Source: an uncultured Candidatus Saccharibacteria bacterium
Lineage (GTDB): Bacteria > Patescibacteriota > JAQUNI01
Assembly (NCBI GenBank): GCA_964555185.1
Contig: CAZKRD010000002.1
Location: 245,268-309,267, forward strand
Length of the DNA stretch: 64,000 nucleotides
Direction of reading: 5' to 3'
The position numbers and the translations under genes are program-made. A model generated the notes under the pieces. That model saw nothing but the letters and a program-made list of their open reading frames with translations. It did no database searches and was not told the origin of the DNA. Shown piece by piece: positions 16,896 to 27,680 of this stretch. The stretch's first letter is position 1. Every line of letters begins with the position of its first letter.

Positions 16896-19473
16896 ATTTT
16901 GTCAAACCGCGCTTGTGCTTCATCTTAATCACCCTTTTTTTGCCATTCTTTGGCTTTGATTTTGCTTTGAGTTTGGTCTCTTGGACCCCTTTCTTTTTGG
17001 ACAGTGTTTTGTCTTGTTTGCTCAAAGTCAAAGCATAATCTAGGACGCCGTCCATATTGGCAACCGGAATAAACTTCAGCTCCTTGCGCGCCTCTTTAGG
17101 CACCTCGGTTAGATCTTTTTTATTATCAGCCGGCATAATAATTATTTTCGCGCCAGCTCTGTGCGCGGCCAAAGCTTTTTCTTTTAAGCCCCCGATCTCC
17201 AAAACATTGCCGCGGAGCGTAACCTCGCCGGTCATTGTAATTGCTCTTTTTACTGGGCGGCGAGCAATCGCCGAGACCAGCGCGGTTGCAATCGCAATCC
17301 CGGCTGATGGTCCGTCTTTAGGGATTGCGCCGGCCGGCACATGAACATGAATATCATTCTTTTGGAAAAACTTCTCATCAATACCCAAAACCTTGGCCCG
17401 ACTGCGCGCGTAAGACAAAGCGGCCTGGGCTGATTCCTTCATCACATCCCCGAGTTGCCCGGTCAAAATCAAATCACCCTTACCGCTCATTGTGGTCGCT
17501 TCAATGGACAACACCTCTCCACCAGCCTGGGTCCAAGCAAGCCCTGTAACCACGCCGATCTCGTTCTTCTTTTCGGTCAAAGCAAGAGCAAACCTGGAAG
17601 GTCCTAGGTATTTCGCCAAATCCGCCAAGGTAATCCGGTAGGACTTTTTCTTGCCGTTTCCTGCTAGCTTGCGCACGACCTTGCGGCACAAGGTGGCGAG
17701 CTCGCGCTCCAAATTCCTGACCCCCGCCTCGCGGGTATACTCATTGATTACTGTCCGTACAACTGCATCGCTGATATACAAATCTTTTCTTTTTAAACCG
17801 TGGGATTTATATAATTTAGGCAAGAGATGTTTTTTGGCAATCCGCAGCTTTTCCTCTTCGGTATAACCCGGAAAATGGATCACTTCCATCCGGTCGCGCA
17901 AAGCAGGCGGGATTGTATCCAAGACATTAGCGGTGGTGATAAACATTACTTTGGATAAATCAAAAGGCACTTCTAAATAATGATCAGAAAATTCACTGTT
18001 TTGTTCTGGATCCAAGGCCTCTAAAAGGGCAGAAGTGGGATCGCCGCGAAAATCCTTGCCCACCTTGTCAATCTCATCAAGCATAAACACCGGATTCTTC
18101 TCGGTTGCCGTGTTAATCCCCTGGACGATCCGGCCGGGCAGAGCGCCAACATAGGTGCGGCGGTGCCCCCTGATCTCTGCTTCATCCCGGATCCCCCCTA
18201 AACTCATTCGGAAAAATTTTCGGCGCATGGCGCGCGCAATTGATTTGCCGATTGAGGTCTTGCCAGTGCCTGGCGGCCCGACAAAACAGAGAATCGGCCC
18301 CCTGATCTTACCTACCATCTTATGGACCGCTAAATACTCCAAAACCCTTTCTTTCACTTTTCTCAAACCAAAATGATCTTGGTTTAAAATCCGACTCGCT
18401 TTTTTAATATCAATCTGGCTCTTGCTTTCTCGTGACCAAGGCAGATCAATCAACCAATCTAAATAAGTACGGAGATAAGAAACCTCGGGAGAAAAAGAAG
18501 GCATTTTCTCCATCCGGGCCAGCTCTTTTAAGGCCACCTTTTCCACATTGGAGGGCATCTTTGTTTTTTTGATCTGAGTCTCTAGGTCTTCGCCTTTTTC
18601 TCCTTCACTGTCTCCCAACTCCTTCTGAATACTCTTCAACTGCTCACGTAAAAACATCTCTTTCTGCATTTTGCCAAGTTCCTTGTGGGTCTTTTTCTCA
18701 ATCTTCTTACCTGTTTCCAAGATTTGCTTCTCATGAGCGATGTGTTTGGAGAGTAGTTCCAGCCGTTTTTGGAGATCAGTACTCTCTAAAATCTCCTGCC
18801 GCTTTTCTAAAGATAAATCCAGATTAAAAACCATCAAATCAATCATCTGATCCGGGGTTTCGGCGTTGAAAATCGCAACCAGAACATCCAGAGGCACCAT
18901 TTTGCCAATCGAAACACACTCCTTGAATTGGGCTAAAATATTCCTGATCAGCGCCTTGACTGCCAAGGTTTCCTTTTCTTTGGTTTCTAAAATTTTAGTT
19001 CTGACCTTAAAATAGGGGGACTCTTGGATAAACCCAAGAACACGCGCCCTCTTAATCCCCTCGACAATAATCTTGACTGAATTATCAGGCAAATTTAAAT
19101 CCTGGGCAATCATCGCCACCGTGCCTACCTTGTAAAGGTTTTGAGGGGTTATTGGTCTTGCTTTACCTTCTTCTTCAACTTCTTCTTTCTTATTTTTAAC
19201 TTGTTTCTCTGAAACAAAAATAGCTAAACGGTCGCTTTTCACGGCCTCTTGGACAGCGATCGCGCTTTTTTGATCGCGGATAATCAAAGGCAGGACCAGA
19301 CGGGGAAAAACCACCAGATCCCGAACGGCAACTAAGGGCAACTCTTTCTTTATTTTAGGTTTGGGAGGCTTTTGGGCGACAATTTCCCTGTTGCCTCCAA
19401 ATGGAAAATCCAGCTCTTTTGCCTCATCTTGATCATCCTCTTGTTCTTCTGGTCTATTGTTTTGCTTAATCAT
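16864..19473 (-). CDS. lon: ATP-dependent protease La (Lon)
   Basis: Lon N-domain 'LPLVAVRDLVVFPRLVLPLIIRDQKS'. Walker A 'GPPGTGKTSIGKSIA'. Catalytic Ser 'PKDGPSAGIAIATALVS'. Unusual Lys-rich ~50-aa C-terminal tail. Confidence 0.9.
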   Translation of the reverse strand: MIKQNNRPEEQEDDQDEAKELDFPFGGNREIVAQKPPKPKIKKELPLVAVRDLVVFPRLVLPLIIRDQKSAIAVQEAVKSDRLAIFVSEKQVKNKKEEVEEEGKARPITPQNLYKVGTVAMIAQDLNLPDNSVKIIVEGIKRARVLGFIQESPYFKVRTKILETKEKETLAVKALIRNILAQFKECVSIGKMVPLDVLVAIFNAETPDQMIDLMVFNLDLSLEKRQEILESTDLQKRLELLSKHIAHEKQILETGKKIEKKTHKELGKMQKEMFLREQLKSIQKELGDSEGEKGEDLETQIKKTKMPSNVEKVALKELARMEKMPSFSPEVSYLRTYLDWLIDLPWSRESKSQIDIKKASRILNQDHFGLRKVKERVLEYLAVHKMVGKIRGPILCFVGPPGTGKTSIGKSIARAMRRKFFRMSLGGIRDEAEIRGHRRTYVGALPGRIVQGINTATEKNPVFMLDEIDKVGKDFRGDPTSALLEALDPEQNSEFSDHYLEVPFDLSKVMFITTANVLDTIPPALRDRMEVIHFPGYTEEEKLRIAKKHLLPKLYKSHGLKRKDLYISDAVVRTVINEYTREAGVRNLERELATLCRKVVRKLAGNGKKKSYRITLADLAKYLGPSRFALALTEKKNEIGVVTGLAWTQAGGEVLSIEATTMSGKGDLILTGQLGDVMKESAQAALSYARSRAKVLGIDEKFFQKNDIHVHVPAGAIPKDGPSAGIAIATALVSAIARRPVKRAITMTGEVTLRGNVLEIGGLKEKALAAHRAGAKIIIMPADNKKDLTEVPKEARKELKFIPVANMDGVLDYALTLSKQDKTLSKKKGVQETKLKAKSKPKNGKKRVIKMKHKRGLTKYESEQKRIHN

Positions 19474-19786
19474 TTTTGTTTTTATTCTAAAATCACAAAA
19501 TACATCTAAATCTCACGAATTTCATAATTTAGAAATCTTTATTTAAAAATTTAATCTACACCTTACCTCTAATGATAGCATTGTTTTAGAAAATCAAAAA
19601 GGCCCTGGTTAATGTCAGTGGGCATAATAAATAATTGTCAAGAAAAAATCAAAATCTTGTCTTTTTTAATCCAAGGGTTTTCTTGATTTTTTTGCTTTTG
19701 ACCACCCTTTCAGCGATAAACCGCGATGCGGTGCGATAACGGGTGTTCTTTTTTTTGTATTGATGACGTTTATAAGGCACAAAAAA

Positions 19787-20605
19787 TTATTTCACAATAA
19801 TCATTGCCTTCCTGCCTCGCTCAATCTCTTCCTTAGACCCAGGAAAATCATGAATCGCGTTATCTAATATGTGGTAAGGATAAAAATAATTCTCGCCGCG
19901 CCGGGTTCCCGGGTCATTAGTGATAAAACCACTCTCATTAAAACCGGTTAAAACCAAATTATGATAGAGGGGCCCAGGCGAGGTGAAATTAGGATTGCCC
20001 AAAAGCCTGCCTGCGGCTGGAACAATCACCGGATAGCCAGCAACGATTCTCTCTTTTAAATCATCTATCGTAATATCATAAACAACCTCCACATTCTGAT
20101 AACCATAATAATCTTGGGCAAGCTTAGCGGTTTCTTTGACATCCGTATCCTTATAATCGCCATAACGTGACATTTGAAAATCAATTAGGCGATCAAGTTC
20201 CTCTCTCATCCTCTCTTTGTTTAAATCTTTTTTCTGCCAGAAATAATGGACAATCACCAGGCTTGCCTCTTCGCACGACTCTTCGTCCCGCTCGTCCCAA
20301 AGAGCATATGGCGACTGCGGAGCAAAAGGAACTTCAAGTAAAAAATCGGGGGGAATCTCCTGATCTTTAGACTCTGACACCTCTAGTTCTTGAAGTGAGT
20401 CACCACCTTCTAAAGCTAGATTTTCTGGCTCTAAATCAACAACTGTTGTCTGCTCCTGGTTCTCTGGGAGATAATTAATATTTCTCTGTTCCCCTTGTGC
20501 CTGTTTAAATTCCACCTCAAATCCGCTTAGGTAAAAAATCAATGCGATCAGCAAAATAAAAAAAGGGGTGAAGAGAAACAAAAATTTTCTCAATGACAAC
20601 GCCAT
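19787..20605 (-). CDS. Membrane-anchored protein with a C39-like (papain-fold) cysteine peptidase domain
   Basis: N-terminal TM 'FLFLFTPFFILLIALIFYL'. Putative nucleophile region 'CEEASLVIVHYFW' and downstream His ('YHILDNAIHDF') resemble Peptidase_C39_2 proteins. ATG at 20605 is preferred over the upstream TTG. Confidence 0.4.
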   Translation of the reverse strand: MALSLRKFLFLFTPFFILLIALIFYLSGFEVEFKQAQGEQRNINYLPENQEQTTVVDLEPENLALEGGDSLQELEVSESKDQEIPPDFLLEVPFAPQSPYALWDERDEESCEEASLVIVHYFWQKKDLNKERMREELDRLIDFQMSRYGDYKDTDVKETAKLAQDYYGYQNVEVVYDITIDDLKERIVAGYPVIVPAAGRLLGNPNFTSPGPLYHNLVLTGFNESGFITNDPGTRRGENYFYPYHILDNAIHDFPGSKEEIERGRKAMIIVK

Positions 20606-20810
20606 AAAGTTACCCCTGGTCAAACTTCTGAACAAGCTCGTTAATAAGCCTTTTTTGTTCCTTTAAATCCAAAACTTCGCGGCGGATCCGCGCTTTTTCT
20701 TTACGGATGAATTGCTTGATTCCTTTAGATAATCTTTTTGATCTATTCATTACCATCATCATAACATAACCCCCTGAAAAATAACAAAAAAATTAATTTT
20801 AATACCAAAA

Positions 20811-20887
20811 TCTTCCGCCTACGCTCACGAGCTTCGGCGGACAGGTCCGCTCTCGCGCCAAGGCTTCGGTGGACAGACAAACAGTGG
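20811..20887. repeat. GC-rich repeat (family B) with direct repeats GAGCTTCGGCGGACAG / AGGCTTCGGTGGACAG
   Basis: Seen in the sequence. Shares CGCCAAGGCTTCGG with 10855-10872. Confidence 0.5.
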
Positions 20888-20982
20888 ATAACTCTCTATT
20901 CCTTATTTTAAAAATGTGCTATAGTGATATGATTTAAAAAATCTTGAATAATTTATATCAAAAAAGAAGGGAGGTGATAATC

Positions 20983-21765
20983 TTGGACAACAATACCTTA
21001 TTTAATGAAGAGGACGACAAAAAAGACAAGAAAGAAGATGAAATGGATGAATTAGACCTCGAGGATGATGATGAAGACATCATCCCGATCGAGGAAACAG
21101 GCGGAGGCGGCCGCAAGATTCTCTGGACGATTGTGGTGTTGATTATTATCGGCTTGGGAATTTACTCTTTTGCTAAAAGAGAACAAATCCGAGAAGGCCT
21201 ACAAACACCAGAAGAGGAAACCGGAGAAATCGGCGAAGCCGCCTCCGACACCCTAGAAGAATTCACTTGGGAAGGTGAAGAAGGAGAAACCACGATAGAA
21301 GAAGAAGGGGAACAAATCGTGATCAAAGAATCTGAAATGCCCGAGCTTGAAGAATTCACGATCACAGATGAAGGAGAAGCGATTGCCGGACAAGAAGAAG
21401 CAACCACTCCTGAAATAGAAAAGCCAGAAGAGATTATTCTTGAACCCAAAGTTGCAAGCGATGACGAAAAAATTACGGCCACGGCTCAACCCGGTGAAGG
21501 GATCACCCATCTGGCCCGGAGAGCGCTCGCTGAATACCTAGAAAAAAATAATCTCACCGGGGAGTTGAGTGCCGAACAAAAAATATACATTGAAGACTAT
21601 CTCCAAAATCGGACAGGGACCGAAATGCTTGCTTTGGGCGAAACCCGCACCTTCAGCAATGCCTTGATCGCAGAAGCAGTTGATGCTTCAAAACAGCTTG
21701 ATGAAAAACAACTCAAAAACTTAGAAAAATACGTTGTGATAGTATTTGGTTCAGCTGGCTCTTAA
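20983..21765 (+). CDS. Highly acidic single-pass membrane protein (hypothetical)
   Basis: RBS GGGAGGTGA 6 nt before the TTG at 20983. Asp/Glu-rich N-terminus, TM 'ILWTIVVLIIIGLGIYSFA', E-rich ectodomain. The start codon is uncertain. Confidence 0.4.
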   Translation: MDNNTLFNEEDDKKDKKEDEMDELDLEDDDEDIIPIEETGGGGRKILWTIVVLIIIGLGIYSFAKREQIREGLQTPEEETGEIGEAASDTLEEFTWEGEEGETTIEEEGEQIVIKESEMPELEEFTITDEGEAIAGQEEATTPEIEKPEEIILEPKVASDDEKITATAQPGEGITHLARRALAEYLEKNNLTGELSAEQKIYIEDYLQNRTGTEMLALGETRTFSNALIAEAVDASKQLDEKQLKNLEKYVVIVFGSAGS

Positions 21766-21997
21766 AAAAGCAAAATAAAAATTCAAAACAAAAATAAAAA
21801 GCAAACAAAAACAAAATAAAAAGACCGCCTCTTTTCAAGAAAAAGCCAAGCATGCAGCTTTCTAAAAAAGGGCGGTTTTATTTTCTAGAATCGAACACCT
21901 AATCTATGCATGATCCAGCAAAAAGCAAAAAGTGAAATAATTGCTCCAAAAATTCCAAAGACGAGATGCCTAAAACCTATCTTATTCTCAGCTGTTT

Positions 21998-22645
21998 TCA
22001 TTCTATTCTCCTCCCAAGTTGTCCTTTTGCATAAAGCGAAAATTTCCGCAAAGACTGGAAGATGTCAATTTCTGGCACACCAAGACTTTGAAAGTCTGCA
22101 GAATCTAAATCACCTGTACAAATCACTATCGACTGTATACCCACAGTAATTGCTTCTCGATAATGTTTGATCGAATCGGTAACAAAAAGCGCGTGGGCTG
22201 GTCTATTTGATAATCCCGTTTGCTCTAAGGCAGAAATAAACAATTCACTTTTAGAATCGTTCTGTTTGCCTTTTCCATTAACAATGACTGTAAACCAATG
22301 CTTAAGAATTCCGAGTCTGCGCATATGACGCTCCAGGATTCCTTGCTTACGATTGGTTACGATTCCTAAATCAAAGCCCATATCTCGAAGCTCCTGAATC
22401 GCTCGGAATGTGTCAGGAACTAGATCTCTCGCGCTATTACTGCGTCTAAATCTGCCGAAAAAAGGTAGAGAAGTCATAGCTTCCTGCCGAAAAAGATAAA
22501 ACACAAATTCCGCTTTCTCTATCGTCTCGAGAAATCCCAAGCTTCTGGCTTTCTGAAAATAAAGAGAGACCTTTAAGGGTAGAGTCCTCCGCAAAGGACC
22601 ATCAAAGTCAAGCAGAATCAAAACTAAAGACCCGATATCAGGCAT
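21998..22645 (-). CDS. HAD-superfamily hydrolase
   Basis: Motif I 'LILLDFDGPL'. Motif II 'GIVTNRKQ'. Motif IV region 'LFVTDSIKHYREA'. Confidence 0.65.
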   Translation of the reverse strand: MPDIGSLVLILLDFDGPLRRTLPLKVSLYFQKARSLGFLETIEKAEFVFYLFRQEAMTSLPFFGRFRRSNSARDLVPDTFRAIQELRDMGFDLGIVTNRKQGILERHMRRLGILKHWFTVIVNGKGKQNDSKSELFISALEQTGLSNRPAHALFVTDSIKHYREAITVGIQSIVICTGDLDSADFQSLGVPEIDIFQSLRKFSLYAKGQLGRRIE

Positions 22646-22767
22646 AGAATCACTCCCCCCGGTCCGTCTTAAATTTTAAACAAAGAACACAAGCTAAAGC
22701 CACTATAAACCGTATAAAAAATATTAAAAAAAGTCAATAAAAAATACGCGAACCAAAACCCCCTCCT

Positions 22768-22921
22768 GTCATTGCGAGCGACCGGAGGGAGCGAAGCCAT
22801 CCTACGGGTGGTCACCCGTAGGGTGACAATTTCGTGAAAGTCTTATTTGACTCTTAGGAATGAGGTTGCTTCAGTTCACAGCGAGCTGTCTCCCCCTTCG
22901 GGGGAACTCCTCGCAATGACA
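22768..22921. repeat. MITE-like palindromic element (family A copy 2) carrying an internal CCTACGGGTGGTCACCCGTAGGGTGAC hairpin
   Basis: Terminal repeats GTCATTGCGAGCGACC ... CCTCGCAATGAC. Compare 7061-7190. Confidence 0.65.
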
Positions 22922-22967
22922 CTAGAGTCTTTGGATCACGCTAAATGGTCTCGATTTATCCCAAATC

Positions 22968-24074
22968 TCACTCCGGCTTTTTTATCCTGCCCAAAACAAC
23001 ACCAAGTACAATCAAGGCGATAGCGACAACCACTACCGCGCCGCTCTCAATCATCTTATACAAAGTAAATTTGGAAACTAAATCACTGAAAATTGAGCTA
23101 ATCCCGTCAAATATTGCCGGATCTACTGCTTTCTCTAGTTGGGGGCCAGCTAATTTCAAAAAACTGGAAGGTTTCGAAAAACGAGAAAAAAGAAGCAAAA
23201 CAACAGAGCTAAGTAAAACTAATAGGCCCGGTACTAAAATCGTTGTTCCGACTTTTTTGAAAACAGAAGAAAGCGGCTTCCAGACTAGAAGGCCAATGAA
23301 AATCAACAAAACAAACACAGCGGCAGTAGCAATATAAAGGATAAAAAAGGCAAGATGAGTATAATCGCGCACTTTGCTTAAAGTTGCAAGCGGCGATTCT
23401 GCGTCTCCTGCTTTTTTAGGAACGGATTCTTTTTGCCCTAAATTTAAAAGGTCAATTTCGTCAGGCAAACCTTCAAACATTTTGTCAAGCACCCCTTCCT
23501 GTTCAAAAGCCTCGCTGAATTTTTCCACATCCTCTTGGCTCATCCCCGGAGGCAAACAAAATATATTCTGATCACCCTGCTGTAGTTTCCTAACTTGATC
23601 TTCAGTACATTTAGGCATATCACTAAAAGCTTCTCCAATCAATTCGCCAAAAGAAGATCCTAGACTCTGCTTGACCTCTTCTAAAGAAATAGTGAGTTCT
23701 AGCTCCTCTTCGTCAGAGTAAAACCAAACAAAAAAATCATCAACCAAGCCACCTAACTCTTCTTCCATCCAGGTTTGGGGAAAAGCCTGCTCCACAATCC
23801 TGTTTAAGGCATCAGGAGAAATCCCAGGTAAAGGAGAAGCGCTCTGGCCCGGGCTTTTGTCGCCCTGCGCAGCTGTTTTAAACATACCACTTAAAAAAGA
23901 ACTTAAAGCTTGGGTGATCTGCCCCTCTTCAATCAATGCTTTATAGACCGCGGGCCGCAAAAAAACAAGCTTAAAATTGTGGATATAAAGGACAGTAGTA
24001 AAACTCAAACAGAAAAGAATGGCCAGAAGAGTAGCGAGTAGTTTGCGACACATAATTTTTAAATCAAAATGCAA
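22968..24074 (-). CDS. Hypothetical membrane protein
   Basis: N-terminal and C-terminal hydrophobic helices. No family recognised. Confidence 0.35.
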   Translation of the reverse strand: MHFDLKIMCRKLLATLLAILFCLSFTTVLYIHNFKLVFLRPAVYKALIEEGQITQALSSFLSGMFKTAAQGDKSPGQSASPLPGISPDALNRIVEQAFPQTWMEEELGGLVDDFFVWFYSDEEELELTISLEEVKQSLGSSFGELIGEAFSDMPKCTEDQVRKLQQGDQNIFCLPPGMSQEDVEKFSEAFEQEGVLDKMFEGLPDEIDLLNLGQKESVPKKAGDAESPLATLSKVRDYTHLAFFILYIATAAVFVLLIFIGLLVWKPLSSVFKKVGTTILVPGLLVLLSSVVLLLFSRFSKPSSFLKLAGPQLEKAVDPAIFDGISSIFSDLVSKFTLYKMIESGAVVVVAIALIVLGVVLGRIKKPE

Positions 24075-24325
24075 ATCTCAAAATGCAAAATGAAAGTTCA
24101 AAGATCAAAAATAATTCCCTGTTAAATTCCTCTGCGCATTTCGTATTTTGGTTTTGATTTTTGATGGTTAATTTAAATATATTATACCACAACTTACAAA
24201 AAATATACAAATTAAAAAAACTCCTCGAATAAACTATCGAAGAGTTAACCTAGGCATTAATAATAATCCCTCTTTGCTTTCTCAAATCTCGCGAAAACGG
24301 CATCTGCGGCTAAACAAAGAGTGCT

Positions 24326-25573
24326 TTACTCATACCGTAAAGCTTCAATCGGATCTAATTTCGCTGCACGGCGAGCAGGATAAAGACCAAAGACTAAGCC
24401 CACGCAAGCTGAAACGCCAACTGCTAAAATAATTGATATTGCGGGTAGAGAAAAAACCCAGTCTTCATAGCCCAAACTTTTAATGACCACTGATGCTAAA
24501 TAAGAAAGGCTGGCAGCCAGAATAATACCACCAATCCCGCCTAAAATAGTCAGCATCACTGATTCTAATAAAAATTGAGTTAAGATATTACTATTGGTTG
24601 CACCTACTGATTTACGCAGACCAATTTCGCGTGTTCTCTCAGTTACGGAAACTAACATAATGTTCATAATCCCAATCCCACCAACAACTAAAGAGATTGC
24701 CGCGATTGAAGAAAGCAGGATTGAAAGTACGCCCATTATTTGCGAAAGCATATCTTGCGCTTGCTCTTGGGTTCCTGTGTGGAAATCATCTTTGGAAATA
24801 TCGCCTTCAGGGTTATCAATATCATGCTGATCGCGCAGTAACCACTGGATTTCATTTTCTGCTTCTGCGACTAAGTCATCGCTTTTGGCTCGCGCTACAA
24901 TCGCAATAATATAATCAATACCTAAAAGACTTTTTTGTCCAGTAGTTACGGGGGTGAAAAATAATTCATCTTGATTCTGGAAAGCAACTGTGCCTACTTC
25001 CTCTAAGACGCCAATGACCTCAAAACTTTTTTGATCGATTTTAACCTTCTTACCAATCGCTTCATTGTCTTCAAATAAATCCTCTTTGACCTTACTGCCT
25101 AAAACCACAACCTGCGCTCTCGCTTTTACTTCCTCTTCAGTAAAAGGACGACCCTCTCCTAAGTCAACATCCATAATTGCAAAATAGGAAGCATCAATCC
25201 CATAGAAAGTCGCATCACGGTTATTATTTTTGTAAACTAATTTCCCTTTGCCAATAATCATCGCAGAGACTAAATCAACTAAACTTGATTTCTTCACTGC
25301 TTCAACATCTTTGTATTTTAAGGTAGTCAAATTAATCCCCATCATCTGATCAGGAGGGCCTTCTTTATTCATTGCTCCTGGTTCAATGAATATATTATTA
25401 GAACCAACGCCCTGGACTTGATTGATAATAAAACCTTCAGCGCCAGAGCCCAAAGACATAATTAAAATTACAGCCATGATCCCAATAACAATGCCAAGCA
25501 TAGTTAATATGCTTCTCATTTTGTTGCGCCGGAGCGCGGTTGACGAAGTTTTCAAAATATCTAAAAGTTTCAT
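24326..25573 (-). CDS. ABC transporter permease, FtsX/MacB family
   Basis: N-terminal TM 'MRSILTMLGIVIGIMAVILIMSLG', large periplasmic loop, C-terminal FtsX 3-TM bundle ending '...YPARRAAKLDPIEALRYE'. Confidence 0.8.
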   Translation of the reverse strand: MKLLDILKTSSTALRRNKMRSILTMLGIVIGIMAVILIMSLGSGAEGFIINQVQGVGSNNIFIEPGAMNKEGPPDQMMGINLTTLKYKDVEAVKKSSLVDLVSAMIIGKGKLVYKNNNRDATFYGIDASYFAIMDVDLGEGRPFTEEEVKARAQVVVLGSKVKEDLFEDNEAIGKKVKIDQKSFEVIGVLEEVGTVAFQNQDELFFTPVTTGQKSLLGIDYIIAIVARAKSDDLVAEAENEIQWLLRDQHDIDNPEGDISKDDFHTGTQEQAQDMLSQIMGVLSILLSSIAAISLVVGGIGIMNIMLVSVTERTREIGLRKSVGATNSNILTQFLLESVMLTILGGIGGIILAASLSYLASVVIKSLGYEDWVFSLPAISIILAVGVSACVGLVFGLYPARRAAKLDPIEALRYE

Positions 25574-25575
25574 AT

Positions 25576-26268
25576 TTAGTTATTCTTATTATCGCTTTCT
25601 ACTTTCCCGTCTCTTAATTTAATCAATCTCTTCGCGTGTTTCGCGTCATCCGCGTCATGGGTAACCATAATAATCGTATGGCCCTCTTGATTTAATTGTT
25701 GCAAAAGATGCAAAATCTGCTCTGAATTTTTGCTGTCCAAATTACCAGTCGGCTCATCAGCAAAAATTACACTAGGGTTTAAAACCAAGGCGCGGGCAAT
25801 CGCCACCCGCTGGCTCTCGCCGCCTGAAAGCTGGTTGGAGAGATTGTCTAGACGGTGTGATAACCCGACTTTTGAAGCCGCTTTACGCGCCAACCGGTCC
25901 TTGTCCTTTACGTTTGCATAAACCAGGGGCAATTTAATATTATCCAAAACCGAAGTCCTTGAAAGAAGATTAAAGGTCTGAAAAACAAAACCTACTTTTT
26001 TGTTACGCAGCTTGGCAAGTCCATCCTCGTCAAACTCACGATTGTTTTTACCTTGAAAAAAATAATCACCATCTGACTGACAATCCAGAAAACTTAAAAT
26101 GTGCATTAAAGTAGACTTGCCTGAACCAGAAGGGCCCATAATCGCCACGAACTCGCCTTCGGCAATTCTCAAACCAACGCCGTTTAGAGCATAAGTCTTA
26201 ACGCCGTCATGATCATAAACTTTTTTCAAATTTCTAACCTTAATTAAAGACATAAAGGAAACAACCAA
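25576..26268 (-). CDS. ABC transporter ATP-binding protein (MacB/LolD-like)
   Basis: Walker A 'GPSGSGKST'. Signature '[15 protein letters not shown]'. Walker B '[11 protein letters not shown]'. Confidence 0.9.
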   Translation of the reverse strand: MVVSFMSLIKVRNLKKVYDHDGVKTYALNGVGLRIAEGEFVAIMGPSGSGKSTLMHILSFLDCQSDGDYFFQGKNNREFDEDGLAKLRNKKVGFVFQTFNLLSRTSVLDNIKLPLVYANVKDKDRLARKAASKVGLSHRLDNLSNQLSGGESQRVAIARALVLNPSVIFADEPTGNLDSKNSEQILHLLQQLNQEGHTIIMVTHDADDAKHAKRLIKLRDGKVESDNKNN

Positions 26269-26342
26269 TAATCCTGCCTACCCTGCCTGCCGGCAGGCAG
26301 GGAATTTGGTTACTGGCACAATTGGTGATTTCAAAAAGAATC

Positions 26343-27680
26343 TTACTTCTGCTCCTTAATAAATGTCACAACCTCATCCTCTTCCTTTAAACCATCGATG
26401 ATCTCAATAGTCCCGCCATCTCCCCGCAAGCCGACAACGACATCAACCTCGCGAATTTCTTCACCCTCTAGAATCTCCACGTACTTGCGGCCGTCTTTCT
26501 CTTTGACCGCGCGATGGGGAGCGATCAGGACATCATTTTTTGTATATATTTTAATTGACAAATCAGCAGTCATTCCGGAACGGACCAAGCCTTCCGGGTC
26601 AGAAAATTTAATCTTGATTTGGTAATAGGTTACACCTTCAATAATTGTTTCGGTCGGCTCCATCGCTGACACCTTGCCAGTAAGCTCCTCGTCAGAAAGC
26701 GCATCTAAGGTAATCTCGATTTCTTGATCTAATTTAACTTGACTAATATCGGATTCTGGAATCTTGACTTCAATTTCAAGCTCTTTGCTCGCAAGCTGGA
26801 TTAGAGGAGAATAAGCAAGCGCGCCCTCGCCCTCTTCAATATTAATTTTGCTCACAATCGCAGACAAAGAACTTGTTAACCAACTTTTAGCTAAAGAGTT
26901 GCGAACTAAATCTAAACCGGCCTTGCTGTAATCAACCTGATTGATTAAATTTGATTTCTGGGGATCAAACCCGAGCGCTTCTTGCCTTTTTACTGCTTGA
27001 CGCGCCTGTTCCTGCAGATACCAAGCCGCGTCTTCCGTCTGCTTATTGCTTACTTTAAGCGACTCTAACGCCTCTTTTACTTTGCGTTCATTGCCTTGCG
27101 CTTGAGTTAGAGCCGCGCGGGCTAGATCTCGCGTGTATTGCGCTAAATTACCGGCATCATGCTCACTGTTCACTTCATCAAAATATTCTTGATAATCTTT
27201 GGTGTAATTTTTGGCTTCATCTAAAGCAACTTCCGCATCAAGAAGTGCGCGCTCGTTAGCCGCTTTAGTATTAAGATAAGTCTGATAGCTTTGATTATAG
27301 GCGGTTTGCGCCGCTCTTAAGTCGTGGGTTTCAGCCATCTTGAGATTGCTTTGGGCTAAATTTAAACTCGCCTCGGCCTGTGTTACTTGTAGCCTTTGCG
27401 TGCTGGAATCAAGGCTTAATAGCAGATCCCCTTTGCTTACTTCTTCTCCGACCCTAACATTAATCTTCCCTACAACCCCGTTTTGTTCCAACACCAAATC
27501 AATCACTTTTTTGGGCCTGACCGTACCAATTACAGAGACTGTTTGTTTTAATTCGCCGCGATAAACTTTACTTGTCGAATATTCCGGCTTTTTCTCTGGA
27601 CGTAAAAGCACAGAGGCCACAATCCCTCCGACAATTAAAACCGCGATAATGATCAAAATCCGTTTAGTCCGCTTTTTCAT
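26343..27680 (-). CDS. HlyD/MacA-family periplasmic adaptor (membrane fusion protein)
   Basis: N-terminal anchor 'ILIIIAVLIVGGIVASVLL', long coiled-coil region, beta-barrel C-terminus. Forms an operon with the ABC ATPase and permease. Confidence 0.75.
   Translation of the reverse strand: MKKRTKRILIIIAVLIVGGIVASVLLRPEKKPEYSTSKVYRGELKQTVSVIGTVRPKKVIDLVLEQNGVVGKINVRVGEEVSKGDLLLSLDSSTQRLQVTQAEASLNLAQSNLKMAETHDLRAAQTAYNQSYQTYLNTKAANERALLDAEVALDEAKNYTKDYQEYFDEVNSEHDAGNLAQYTRDLARAALTQAQGNERKVKEALESLKVSNKQTEDAAWYLQEQARQAVKRQEALGFDPQKSNLINQVDYSKAGLDLVRNSLAKSWLTSSLSAIVSKINIEEGEGALAYSPLIQLASKELEIEVKIPESDISQVKLDQEIEITLDALSDEELTGKVSAMEPTETIIEGVTYYQIKIKFSDPEGLVRSGMTADLSIKIYTKNDVLIAPHRAVKEKDGRKYVEILEGEEIREVDVVVGLRGDGGTIEIIDGLKEEDEVVTFIKEQK

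Noticed and set aside
19650-19786. 43-codon K/R-rich ORF on the minus strand (VPYKRHQYKKKNTRYRTASRFIAERVVKSKK...) that superficially looks like a small ribosomal protein
   Set aside because: It starts with GTG 5 nt after the preceding stop, with no RBS, and does not align convincingly to S21, L33, L34, L35 or L36 consensus. The basic composition is expected by chance in AT-rich DNA.
20636-20760. About 51-codon basic ORF (MNRSKRLSKGIKQFIRKEKARIRREVLDLKEQKRLINELVQKFDQG) ending 4 nt before the C39-like gene start
   Set aside because: Below the ORF-track threshold, with no recognisable family. It could be a real small protein but is unsupported, so it is not listed as a feature.
21770-21845. A-rich reiterated 'aaaataaaaa(g/a)caaa' stretch, and a similar 'aaatgcaaa' stretch at 24060-24130, considered as possible CRISPR or tandem repeats
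   Set aside because: These are low-complexity A-rich intergenic sequence with no spacer/repeat periodicity and no cas genes.
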